Of a DNA stretch of 64,000 bases, positions 56,201 to 64,000 are shown piece after piece. The stretch is from an uncultured Clostridia bacterium. GTDB taxonomy: Bacteria; Bacillota; Clostridia; Christensenellales; UBA1242. A program made the position numbers and the translations under genes. The stretch spans positions 9,570-73,569 of the forward strand of contig CALWOW010000008.1 in assembly GCA_944383295.1 (NCBI GenBank), written 5' to 3'. Each line of letters begins with the position of its first letter. Within the stretch, counting starts at the first letter, position 1. Below the pieces are notes generated by a model. The model was not told the origin of the DNA. It saw only the letters and a list, made by a program, of their open reading frames with translations, and did no database searches.

Positions 56201-56883
56201 GCTACGAATATTCTTTTGCTAATGGCATAACTACGGTAGTTTTCTCAAATTTACCAGCTGATAATAATATGCTTGAAATTTTTGAAAAACCTTATTCCGT
56301 AAATGTAATATGCAATGAACAAGAAGTTTCATATACATATTATGCAACCGGTGCTAATCTAATAATTGACGCAAAACCAATTTCTGGTTATTTCATTGAT
56401 TATGTAAGAATTAATGGTGAAGCCCCAATAGTTATAAATACATCCTATGGCTTTTGTGAATATGGAAATGGGCTAGGATTATTTTGGGTGATTAGGGAAG
56501 ATAATAGTGTTGTCTTTACTTTTGTAGATGCTTTAGATACAGTAGAGTTTGAAATAGTTTCAGCACAAGGCGAAATAATCATAGGGGCTCCGTCAACTAT
56601 TGATAAAATTGCAGTAACAACTACAGTAGGTGGGGAGGCTCGCATTTTAGAAAAGGATGATAATAACTTCACAGTTATTGCAGTTGCTTATACAGGATAT
56701 AAATTCTATGGATGGACTATTGATGATGGGCAGTCTTATCTGTTAGATGAAAATGGTGATAAATTAACAGAAAGCGCTAATTTGTCATTAGATTTGTTTA
56801 AAGGGAAATTATTAAAAGCTGTGTTTATTTTGGTGGATAATGGTTCTACAAATCCCGACCTAGATGATGGTATTATAGAATGA
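53281..56883 (+). CDS. Giant N-anchored surface protein: GLUG-motif/beta-helix-like repeat region, Ig-like modules, C-terminal Listeria-Bacteroides-type repeat
   Basis: N-terminal TM LFMLILGFLGGVLILGVILISV. More than 10 periodic x-N-C-x repeats with (Y)AGGI/AGGF (GLUG-like). C-terminal GGEARIL...AYTGYKFYGWTID...KAVFI. Confidence 0.8.
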   Translation: MVLKKLISSKLFMLILGFLGGVLILGVILISVNYKGTLKADTYDSANGNFVISTVADISNFAKDVNAGNYNCFEGITVTLGDNIDMGSTWTFIASNSTYPFKGTFDGNGFTISNVYYSGSSRYAAMFLYTNSASFKNLNISKVTMRSTYSGFRYIAGLIYSATGNTVIDSVNITDPYIYQSGSASNDYGGYTTGYVHTHTEGTITFNNCILSMSTSGGIGGGTRTVRACGFLGSTAGNLTFTNSKLYLNYSSIYARDSNNSSNPANSTYAAGVVSSVTGVLYVDNCELNIGSSGINSSTYSTRSSTANGWAAGLGCTLNNTANMIKNTTINISASVKSDGAGGYTGGVACIYSGTMENVTVNVRCTNGVYASAYYDAYAGGFVERSNSNNPITFNNCKLNVESTSGIYAYGSSTSSNYGEGISYAYGFTRASATCNNCIVTNDSGTLVEKMIYSRAFDTYAGGMCNGTINNSTVEKVSIRADCISNTNGIAYGFGSSAVTKNCVTDGCSIEGVYAYGMNGSSVDGGIVRNCTITGGVGYSISSSTYVDSGAYGICRSSASNCISENNIIKCYIAKSYNNDSGTSDAHAAGITAGSSSTITNCISSNNEIWAGYETSRAGRAYAGGIASHGITTTAPTISNCINTSNVTVEAHYSSSSATNIYAGGIAAYSSTIKNCLNKGNIRAWRDSTTTTLYGSVYAGGITSSGGTVTNCGNLGNITVEGASSGTIVACGGTNTFAKCTLTLNCTTNNISTSKATIYDLTENVAGVQTIDQSANYTSMKDEAYYRDISNWNASYPWNLDEIWGIYKFGNINDGYPVILLDKIKFVSANEGMNITAESEYSVTINVSNDLPVKIYTLYGEELMLVGNRSYSWEYGNFECTLLNNSLTINCMKYTSDSLLGKVFFFDSYEILSYINYIDDTVSINIKSQHTDGSAVVEISYLKPNTNIGFRFNGSEKYLIKYNKHEIVHINDTSYEYSFANGITTVVFSNLPADNNMLEIFEKPYSVNVICNEQEVSYTYYATGANLIIDAKPISGYFIDYVRINGEAPIVINTSYGFCEYGNGLGLFWVIREDNSVVFTFVDALDTVEFEIVSAQGEIIIGAPSTIDKIAVTTTVGGEARILEKDDNNFTVIAVAYTGYKFYGWTIDDGQSYLLDENGDKLTESANLSLDLFKGKLLKAVFILVDNGSTNPDLDDGIIE

Positions 56884-56918
56884 AATTTGAGTAATAAATT
56901 TAAAAAATAAAAAACACA

Positions 56919-56950
56919 TTTTGTAAATGTGTTTTTTATTTTATTTTATA
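56919..56950. terminator. Bidirectional terminator between surface-protein gene 2 and the minus-strand AOS gene
   Basis: AAAAACACATTT-tgt-AAATGTGTTTTT. Overlaps the AOS stop codon. Confidence 0.75.
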
Positions 56951-58146
56951 TTTTCAAAGTTTGGCATATTTGGTAATACATTATCAAATACATCTTTAAT
57001 AATATCTGCTGCTTCATCCATTTGTTCTTTTGTGTGAGTTGCTGTGTAACTTGTACGAATAATTGCTTCACCAACAGGTACGCTAGGACTAATGCAAGGG
57101 TTTACATACACTCCACGGTCAAATAAAACTTTGCAAGCATAAAAGGTCTTGTTGTCATCGTAAGTGTTTATAGGTATGATAGGAGCTACACTGTCACGAA
57201 TAGGAATGTTGCGTGACTTTAAAGCATTACGCATATAATCTGTAATTTCACGTAAATGTTTTACTCGTTCAGGTTCACGCTCTAAAATCTTTAATGCAGC
57301 CAAAGCACATGCAGCATTCGCTGGGGTCATACTTGCAGAGAAGATAAATGGGCGAGAATTGTGTTTTACGTATTCAACAACTTCTTTTTTAGCAGCCATA
57401 AAACCACCAAGACTAGCAAGACTTTTTGAGAAAGTACCCATAATGATATCTACGTCATCTTCCAAACCAAAGTGTTCTGCAGTACCTCTGCCGTGTTCAC
57501 CAAAAACACCCAAGCCGTGCGCATCATCAATCATTACGCGCGCACCATATTTTTTAGCGAGTGCTACGATTTCTGGTAATTTACATAAGTCACCGCCCAT
57601 ACTAAATACACCATCGGTTACAATTAAAATACCTTTGTCTTCAGGGATATTTTTAAGATTGCGTTCCAAATCTTCCATATCATTATGTTCATAACGGTAC
57701 ATTTTTGCATAACTCAATCTGCAACCATCATAAATACTTGCGTGGTTTTCTTTATCACAAAGTATTACATCGTTACGACCAGCGATAGCACTAATAATAC
57801 CCAAGTTAGTTTGGAAACCTGTACCAAAAGTAATTACAGCCTCTTTGTGTAAAAAGTTAGCCAATTCTTTTTCTAATTGAATATGTAAATCTAATGTACC
57901 ATTTAAAAAGCGAGAGCCAGAGCAACCAGAACCATATTTTTTGTAAGCATCAATACCTGCTTGCACAACTTCTGGGTGACTTGTTAGTCCTAGATAATTG
58001 TTTGAGCCAATCATAATCACACGATGTCCTTCCATATTTACAACAGTGTCTTGTCCACTTTCCAAATAATGGAAGTAAGGGTATATACCTAATTCTTGAG
58101 CTTTTTTTGCAACGTTATAATTTTTACATTTTTCAAATAAATCCAT
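56941..58146 (-). CDS. PLP-dependent alpha-oxoamine synthase (SPT/Kbl/BioF family; SPT-like signature)
   Basis: GSGCSGSRFLNGTLDLHIQLEKELA, DDAHGLGVFG and the PLP-lysine motif GTFSKSLASLGGF. No bio or tdh gene adjacent. Confidence 0.8.
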   Translation of the reverse strand: MDLFEKCKNYNVAKKAQELGIYPYFHYLESGQDTVVNMEGHRVIMIGSNNYLGLTSHPEVVQAGIDAYKKYGSGCSGSRFLNGTLDLHIQLEKELANFLHKEAVITFGTGFQTNLGIISAIAGRNDVILCDKENHASIYDGCRLSYAKMYRYEHNDMEDLERNLKNIPEDKGILIVTDGVFSMGGDLCKLPEIVALAKKYGARVMIDDAHGLGVFGEHGRGTAEHFGLEDDVDIIMGTFSKSLASLGGFMAAKKEVVEYVKHNSRPFIFSASMTPANAACALAALKILEREPERVKHLREITDYMRNALKSRNIPIRDSVAPIIPINTYDDNKTFYACKVLFDRGVYVNPCISPSVPVGEAIIRTSYTATHTKEQMDEAADIIKDVFDNVLPNMPNFENIK

Positions 58147-58313
58147 AGTAAACTAATCTCCATTTAAAATAATAACACAACCATTATATCAAAAATTTTT
58201 AAATTTGACTAGTAAATAAGGTATAAAAAAGTAAGGTAAAAAATAAAAAGTTTAGTTTAAATTAGTTGAAAAATTTTAGTAAAAAGTGTACACTCTTATC
58301 TAAGAGGTGCTTT

Positions 58314-59036
58314 ATGGCAGAAAATATTATTGAATTAAAAGATGTAAAGTTAGCATACAACAAGGACTATTGCGCTCTTTATGATGTTAATTTTACAGCG
58401 AATAAGGGCGACCGTATTGCTATTATAGGTGAAACAGGCAGTGGAAAAACTGCTCTTTTGCGTTTGATTGCTGGTCTTGAAAAACAGAAAAGTGGTGAAT
58501 GTTATATAAAAGGCACTCCTATACAAAAAATTAATTTTTCTCGTGATGTTAGTTTGGGTTATTTATCAACTAAAGCGGTATTTTTTGAACGCAAAAGCGT
58601 TTACAAAAATTTGCTATGGACATTGAAGGTACACAAAGTTGATAAACAGGAAAGGGAAGCTCGTATCGATGCTATTTTAGATGAGTTTGGTATTCAACAC
58701 TTAAAAAAAGAAAGAATAGGGACGCTTTGTAATAGTGACCGCAGACTTGTTCAAATTGCACGAATGGCTATGCGACCTTTAGAAATAATTTTGTGTGATG
58801 ATGTATTAACAGTTGATGATAGCGCAACACAAGAAAAAATAAAAAAAGCACTTAAAAAATTATTTGATAGCGCTCCAAAAGATAAGGTCATTATTATGGC
58901 TGGTCAAGATGAAAAACTTTGTAAAGAGTTTGTAAACAAGGTAATTTATATAAAAGCAGGGAGTTTGGTTGACAATCAAGTGCTATATATAAAATCAGAT
59001 AATAAAGAAGGAACGGCGCAAGAAAATGACAAATAA
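58314..59036 (+). CDS. ABC-type ATPase with degenerate catalytic motifs (FtsE-like size, no permease partner)
   Basis: Walker A GETGSGKT is intact. Signature is LCNSDRR instead of LSGGQ, Walker B is IILCDDV (no catalytic Glu), and the H-loop His is absent (IIMAGQD). Confidence 0.7.
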   Translation: MAENIIELKDVKLAYNKDYCALYDVNFTANKGDRIAIIGETGSGKTALLRLIAGLEKQKSGECYIKGTPIQKINFSRDVSLGYLSTKAVFFERKSVYKNLLWTLKVHKVDKQEREARIDAILDEFGIQHLKKERIGTLCNSDRRLVQIARMAMRPLEIILCDDVLTVDDSATQEKIKKALKKLFDSAPKDKVIIMAGQDEKLCKEFVNKVIYIKAGSLVDNQVLYIKSDNKEGTAQENDK

Positions 59037-59409
59037 CTACACCGATAAAATAGCAATAAATTCTTCTCTTTTAGGTTCATTACTCTCAAATTTAGATGAG
59101 CAAAGTTTGGGAAGCGTTAGCAACATACTACAAGATGAAAATGTAAAAAAATTTTTTAAAGATGAAGAACTTATAACAACGGTAGAATTGTTTTTTGCGA
59201 ATAATTTAAACATAATACAAACGAGTAAAATCGCTATTGTGCATCGAAATACTTTGGTATATCGTTTAGAGAAAATTAAGAAAATGTTGGGATTGGATAT
59301 TCGTAAATTTGAAGATGCGGTTACTTTGCAAATTATTTTGGTATTAAAAAAATTGGAACAAAAGAGAAAAAGAAGGTCAAGCAAACCTGCACGTATTCAG
59401 TCTATTTAG
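59026..59409 (+). CDS. Small PucR/CdaR-type HTH protein
   Basis: C-terminal NIIQTSKIAIVHRNTLVYRLEKIKKMLGLDI matches the PucR C-terminal HTH. Overlaps the ABC-like gene by 11 nt. Confidence 0.65.
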   Translation: MTNNYTDKIAINSSLLGSLLSNLDEQSLGSVSNILQDENVKKFFKDEELITTVELFFANNLNIIQTSKIAIVHRNTLVYRLEKIKKMLGLDIRKFEDAVTLQIILVLKKLEQKRKRRSSKPARIQSI

Positions 59410-59800
59410 TTTTTTTGAGTTTTAAAATTTCAGAGTCAAATTTTTGTGGTTCTACAAAAGCTTGGCTTTTTTCTTTTTGTTTAGATAAAAGAGGAAGTGC
59501 TATTTTTAATAATTCAATGAAATTTGAATTGTTTTGAGTATTAGGTTGTTGTTGCTCTGTTGGTGGTGATGGTGTAATGTTTTGTTTGGGTTGAGGTGGA
59601 GTATTGTTATATGTAGGTAAAGACCAATAAGGGTTGTTCATATCAAAATTTGTTGTTGGTGGTTGTGCGTTTTTGCTAGCTTCATTTGGTGAAGTCGCTT
59701 GCGTTTGCTTGTTACCAAAAAGATTGCTCGCTATGTTTATCAACGAACCTAAATCTATATTATTTTTTGATAATTGATTTAAAATGTTTAGTATATCCAT
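59402..59800 (-). CDS. Hypothetical protein with P/Q/N-rich central region
   Basis: GGTGA SD. Amphipathic termini flank NPYWSLPTYNNTPPQPKQNITPSPPTEQQQPNTQNN. The 3' end overlaps the convergent HTH gene by 8 nt. Confidence 0.5.
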   Translation of the reverse strand: MDILNILNQLSKNNIDLGSLINIASNLFGNKQTQATSPNEASKNAQPPTTNFDMNNPYWSLPTYNNTPPQPKQNITPSPPTEQQQPNTQNNSNFIELLKIALPLLSKQKEKSQAFVEPQKFDSEILKLKKTK

Positions 59801-59864
59801 AATTATTCACCTATTTAATATATGACTACATATATTGTTTTAGTGAAAATAAAGGAGTACATAA

Positions 59865-60197
59865 ATGAATATAAAAGATTTTAGCGCAAATGAAACTAAA
59901 ATAGATAATCAGCAACAAAATAAAAAAATACCTAAAAACATTGAAGAAATAACCGAAGCTGATGATTTTAAAAAGGTCGAAAATGAATACGGGGACTTTA
60001 TACAAGATTTTGTATCAAAATATGGGCAAATGGAAGAACAAGATTTATTGACCGAAATGTTGAAATTAATTGCGGAAAAGAAAGCCGAAGGTGATTTTGA
60101 CGCTGAAAAAATAAAGCAAATTGCAAATCAAATTGCTCCATTGTTAGAACCCGAACAACAAGAAAAAATGTACAATTTATTAAAATATTTGGATTAA
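59865..60197 (+). CDS. Hypothetical small acidic helical protein
   Basis: AAAGGAG SD. 110 aa, E/D/K-rich. Stop lies 4 nt before the S8 protease start. Confidence 0.5.
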   Translation: MNIKDFSANETKIDNQQQNKKIPKNIEEITEADDFKKVENEYGDFIQDFVSKYGQMEEQDLLTEMLKLIAEKKAEGDFDAEKIKQIANQIAPLLEPEQQEKMYNLLKYLD

Positions 60198-60201
60198 AAA
60201 T

Positions 60202-61335
60202 GTGTTTATAAATAAAATTGACCCTAGATTATTTGAAGTACAAATTGCGTCAAATAATAACCAACAATGTATTGTTTATGTAAGTGATTTTTATCAGGCA
60301 AAATTAAAATTACATACCTTAAAAAATATTAACATATTAGGCGAATATCCTTTTATTCGTGCTTTTGCTATAACTTCGAGTACTGCTGAAATTTTTAATT
60401 TGTCGCAAATAACTTGGATAAATTATATTTCATCGGTAACTACGGCAAGTGTATTGATAAATGAAGCACGCAAAATTATAAAAGTAGATGAAATGCACAA
60501 GCAAGGATATTTGGGGAATGGGGTTTGCGTGGCTGTTATCGATACGGGGTGTTATCCACATTTGGACTTTGTTTTGGGAAAAAATAGAGTTGTTAAATTT
60601 GTAGATTTAATAAACGACAGAGAAGAGATGTATGATGATAATGGTCATGGTACTTTTGTGTCTGGCGTGCTTGCTGGTAGTGGATTTAGTTCGGCGGGGA
60701 AATATGCAGGCATTGCTCCTGCTTGTGATTTGATTGTTATCAAAGCATTGAATAGTGAAGGGCAGACGCAAGCATTTAAAGTGCTAGATGCTATGCAGTG
60801 GGTATTCGAAAATAGAGTACGCTATAATATTCGTGTAGTTTGTATGAGTTTTGGTAGTACTCCGCTAGCAAAAAATGACCCATTAAGTTTAGGGGCTTCA
60901 AGTTTGTGGGATGTGGGTATCGTTGTCGTTGGCGCCGTTGGAAATGATGGGCCAAAAGAGGGGTCTGTAAAATCTCCGGGAAGTTGCTCAAAAATAATAA
61001 CAGTAGGGTGCGCCGACACAACAGGTGATAAAATAGAAATCGCAGATTTTAGTTCACGAGGACCGATATTTGATATTATAAAACCCGATTTAGTAGCGCC
61101 AGGTGTAAAAATTACATCATTAGCAAACAATTCTAAACTTTTCACTCAAATGTCAGGTACGAGCGTAAGCACGCCATTTGTTGCAGGTGTCGCAACTTTG
61201 TTAATACAACAGTCGCCATTTTTAACACCAAATCAAGTAAAATCAATGATTATGTATAGCGCAGATAAATTACCTTTTGACCCTAATATTTGCGGTATGG
61301 GGCTTTTAAATGCTCAATCGGCATTAGAAGAATAA
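60202..61335 (+). CDS. Subtilisin-like (S8) serine protease without signal peptide, ~100-aa N-terminal prodomain-like region
   Basis: Catalytic triad motifs VAVIDTG, HGTFVSG and SGTSVSTPFVAG. GTG start. Confidence 0.85.
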   Translation: MFINKIDPRLFEVQIASNNNQQCIVYVSDFYQAKLKLHTLKNINILGEYPFIRAFAITSSTAEIFNLSQITWINYISSVTTASVLINEARKIIKVDEMHKQGYLGNGVCVAVIDTGCYPHLDFVLGKNRVVKFVDLINDREEMYDDNGHGTFVSGVLAGSGFSSAGKYAGIAPACDLIVIKALNSEGQTQAFKVLDAMQWVFENRVRYNIRVVCMSFGSTPLAKNDPLSLGASSLWDVGIVVVGAVGNDGPKEGSVKSPGSCSKIITVGCADTTGDKIEIADFSSRGPIFDIIKPDLVAPGVKITSLANNSKLFTQMSGTSVSTPFVAGVATLLIQQSPFLTPNQVKSMIMYSADKLPFDPNICGMGLLNAQSALEE

Positions 61336-61356
61336 CTATACCCCAAAATTATCTAA

Positions 61357-61387
61357 AAATAGTGTTTATTACACTATTTTTTTCATT
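61357..61387 (+). terminator. Intrinsic terminator after the S8 protease gene
   Basis: AAATAGTGT-ttatt-ACACTATTT followed by a T-run. Confidence 0.75.
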
Positions 61388-61438
61388 TTTTGCATCGAAT
61401 TTTGCGGTACAATTATTTGCGAAATGTGGGAGGGGTAT

Positions 61439-61747
61439 ATGCAAGTAAATGCAAAAGTATATTTAGAAACACTTTATCTTCAAATAGCGGGCGAACTAGA
61501 TGAACATACAGCACATTATGCTAGATTAGCAATGGACAATCAGTTGGATAGCGGAGAATTTAAACAAGTAATTATTGATTTATCTCAATTAGACTTTATG
61601 GATAGCACAGGAATAGGTGTATTAATAGGCAGATACAAAAAAATGAAACAAAGAAATACGCCTGTTTATATTTCAAATCCAAGTACGCAAGCAGATAAAA
61701 TTTTTAAAATGACAGCATTATATGATGTAATGCCAAAAATAAATTAA
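61439..61747 (+). CDS. spoIIAA: Anti-sigma-F factor antagonist (STAS)
   Basis: STAS fold with the phospho-serine context DFMDSTGIGVLIG. Followed by spoIIAB-sigF. Confidence 0.85.
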   Translation: MQVNAKVYLETLYLQIAGELDEHTAHYARLAMDNQLDSGEFKQVIIDLSQLDFMDSTGIGVLIGRYKKMKQRNTPVYISNPSTQADKIFKMTALYDVMPKIN

Positions 61748-61759
61748 AAGGGAATAATT

Positions 61760-62218
61760 ATGAATTATATAAATGAAATGACTTTGCAATTTGATTCACA
61801 TTCAATAAACGAAGGATTTGCTCGTAGCGCTGTTGCTGCTTTTTGTGTGCAACTCAATCCAACATTAGATGAAATCACCGATATCAAAACCGCAGTAAGC
61901 GAAGCGGTAACTAATTGTGTCGTGCACGCATATCCAAAAACTTTGGGCAAAATTACCGTTTGGGTTGGGCTAAAACCTCGTGAAGTGCAAATAAAAGTAT
62001 CAGATAATGGCGTGGGTATTGCTGACATAGAAAAAGCACGTGAACCCTTTTTTACAACAAAACCGAACGAAGAGCGTGCTGGTATGGGCTTTACCGTAAT
62101 GGAAAGTTTTATGGATAATGTCGAAATAAGAAAAAATGGCACAAGCGGTGTTGTAGTTGAAATGACAAAGACACTTGAACGCAAAAAAGTAGCAATGGTT
62201 GGGGGTGAAAATGGTTGA
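61760..62218 (+). CDS. spoIIAB: Anti-sigma-F factor (serine kinase)
   Basis: NEGFARSAVAAF...DIKTAVSEAVTNCVVHAY N-box and G-boxes DNGVGI, GMGFTVM. Confidence 0.9.
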   Translation: MNYINEMTLQFDSHSINEGFARSAVAAFCVQLNPTLDEITDIKTAVSEAVTNCVVHAYPKTLGKITVWVGLKPREVQIKVSDNGVGIADIEKAREPFFTTKPNEERAGMGFTVMESFMDNVEIRKNGTSGVVVEMTKTLERKKVAMVGGENG

Positions 62219-62933
62219 TTATGAGCAAACTTTAAGGCTAATCAAACTTGCACAAAAGGGCGATGAAGAAGCCAAAGATATGCTCATTAAACAAAACTAT
62301 CCGTTAGTAAAAAGTGTTATTCGAAGATACAGAAACAAAGGTGTTGATTATGATGATTTGTTTCAGTTGGGTTGTGTTGGTTTTGTTAAAGCAATAAACA
62401 ATTTTGATGTTTCATTTAATGTGAGATTTAGTACTTATGCTGTACCTATGATTGCAGGGGAAGTAAAACGATTTTTAAGAGATGATGGATATATAAAAGT
62501 GAGCAGGGCAATAAAATCTCAAGCAATGGAAATAAGGAAATATCTATCTTCTTTATCTCCACAAACGCCCGCTCCTGATATAAGTGAACTTGCCGAAAAG
62601 TTTGGAATGGATATGCAAGAACTTGTTTTTGTTTTAGATAGTAATAAATATCCAATGAGTTTGTCCGCACCTATTGACCAAACCGAAGAAGGTAGTGTAA
62701 CCCTTCAAGAGCGTATCGCTGACCCTGTGGAAGAAGACACAAAATTGGACCATTTTATTCTAAAACAACTTATTGCTTCGCTGTCTCCTCGTGATAGAAA
62801 AATAATTATTATGCGCTATTATAGAGATAAAACGCAAAGCGAGATAGCGAAAGAGTTGGGTGTAAGTCAAGTGCAGGTTTCAAGGATAGAAAATAAAGTA
62901 ATAGAAAAAATGCGAAAAAAATTTAATGATTAG
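62211..62933 (+). CDS. sigF: Sporulation sigma factor F
   Basis: Sigma-70 regions 2-4 (DLFQLGCVGFVKAINNFD, FSTYAVPMIAGEVKRFLRD, TQSEIAKELGVSQVQVSRIE). The ATG overlaps the spoIIAB stop. Confidence 0.85.
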   Translation: MVDYEQTLRLIKLAQKGDEEAKDMLIKQNYPLVKSVIRRYRNKGVDYDDLFQLGCVGFVKAINNFDVSFNVRFSTYAVPMIAGEVKRFLRDDGYIKVSRAIKSQAMEIRKYLSSLSPQTPAPDISELAEKFGMDMQELVFVLDSNKYPMSLSAPIDQTEEGSVTLQERIADPVEEDTKLDHFILKQLIASLSPRDRKIIIMRYYRDKTQSEIAKELGVSQVQVSRIENKVIEKMRKKFND

Positions 62934-62944
62934 GTTAAAAACAA

Positions 62945-62996
62945 GGTATTATGTAGGTACTATGCAATAAAATATGATTGCATAGTACCTATTTTT
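62945..62996. repeat. Palindromic intergenic repeat, locus C (also the sigF terminator)
   Basis: GGTATTATGTA (62945-62955), then TAGGTACTATGCAAT (62954-62968), 8-nt loop, ATTGCATAGTACCTA (62977-62991), T-run. Confidence 0.7.
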
Positions 62997-63090
62997 CTCA
63001 TATATATAAGTTAATTATTATGATACTTTTATTTAAAAAACATTGAAAATTAAATTGTTATATGCTATACTTTTTATAGGGTAATTACAA

Positions 63091-63711
63091 ATGATTAAAA
63101 GAGTTATAGATTATTTAACGGAGTTGTTTCCAAATCCAGAGCCAGAGTTGAAATACGAAAACGATTTTCAACTTTTAGTTGCAGTCATATTAAGCGCGCA
63201 GTGTACTGATAAAAGAGTAAATCAAGTGACAGAACAACTGTTCAAAAAATACCCTGATAGTTTTTCTTTTGAAAAATTAAGTCAACAAGATTTAGAGAAA
63301 ATGATTTTTAGTACAGGGTTTTATCACAATAAAGCAAAAAATATTTTGGCATTGTGTAAAATTTTAAATACACAGTACAACGGTAAAGTACCACATTCAC
63401 CCGATGAGTTGGAAAAATTGCCTGGGGTAGGTAGAAAAACTGCAAATGTTGTATCGAGTGCGCTTTTTGGTGCAAATAGGTTAGGGGTAGATACTCACGT
63501 ATTTAGGGTTACTAATAGAATAGGTTTGGTAAATGCAAAAACTCCGCTAGAAGTTGAAAAGCAATGGAATAAAAAATATCCTGATTTTATAAACCACGAT
63601 ACGCATTTTAGGTTGGTGTTGTTTGGAAGATATTTTTGTAAAGCGCAAAAACCAAATTGCGAAAATTGTAAAATAAAAAATATTTGTAAATACTATAATA
63701 CAAAGGAATAA
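63091..63711 (+). CDS. nth: Endonuclease III
   Basis: HhH LPGVGRKTANVV, catalytic DTHV, and 4Fe-4S cluster C-x6-C-x2-C-x5-C (CKAQKPNCENCKIKNIC). Confidence 0.9.
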   Translation: MIKRVIDYLTELFPNPEPELKYENDFQLLVAVILSAQCTDKRVNQVTEQLFKKYPDSFSFEKLSQQDLEKMIFSTGFYHNKAKNILALCKILNTQYNGKVPHSPDELEKLPGVGRKTANVVSSALFGANRLGVDTHVFRVTNRIGLVNAKTPLEVEKQWNKKYPDFINHDTHFRLVLFGRYFCKAQKPNCENCKIKNICKYYNTKE

Positions 63712-63716
63712 GGTGA

Positions 63717-64000
<284 letters not shown>

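Noticed and set aside
61388-61438. Spo0A boxes or a sigma-H promoter upstream of spoIIAA
   Set aside because: Only partial matches were found: CATCGAA and TTGCGAA against TGNCGAA, and a GAAT -10-like element without an AGGA -35. That is too weak to call by eye.

Overview
AT-rich (roughly one-third GC by eye), gene-dense chromosomal segment from an endospore-forming Firmicute, probably Clostridia-like. It uses the standard genetic code (TGA is a stop). I support about 68 protein genes and one tmRNA. I found no rRNA, tRNA, CRISPR array, transposase, integrase or phage genes. All calls come from reading motifs by eye; no database search was run.

Most content is core housekeeping:
- Glycolysis and pentose phosphate: pgk-tpiA-gpmI, gap, fba, tkt.
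- Translation: rplU-prp-rpmA, rpmG-secE-nusG-rplK-rplA, hpf, mnmA, dusB, and secG-rnr-smpB-ssrA.
- Envelope: glmM, murA, an FtsQ/DivIB-like gene and a SpoVB-like flippase.
- DNA and nucleotide metabolism: two HU genes, ogg, nth, and nrdD-nrdG with tandem NrdR boxes.
- trxB, acpP and obg.

Sporulation and germination genes include veg, a SpoVID-like SPOCS+LysM protein, a translationally coupled spoIIR-sleB-ypeB unit, and spoIIAA-spoIIAB-sigF preceded by a signal-less S8 protease.

The observations most worth a second look:
1. A three-copy intergenic palindromic repeat family built on GGTA(T/C)TATGCA arms, with REP/BIME-like mosaic structure.
2. Two monocistronic giant N-anchored surface proteins (770 and 1200 aa) with unrelated N-terminal parts and the same C-terminal module.
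3. An ABC-type ATPase with degenerate catalytic motifs, overlapping a small PucR-type HTH gene, with no permease partner.
4. An orphan serine-palmitoyltransferase-like alpha-oxoamine synthase.
5. Several conserved proteins carrying long lysine-rich or charged disordered extensions (SecE, a GNAT, a GT-like membrane protein).
6. Small structured or possibly coding units in the secG-rnr spacer and upstream of trxB.

No complete, obviously novel multi-gene system such as a defence island can be demonstrated from sequence alone.
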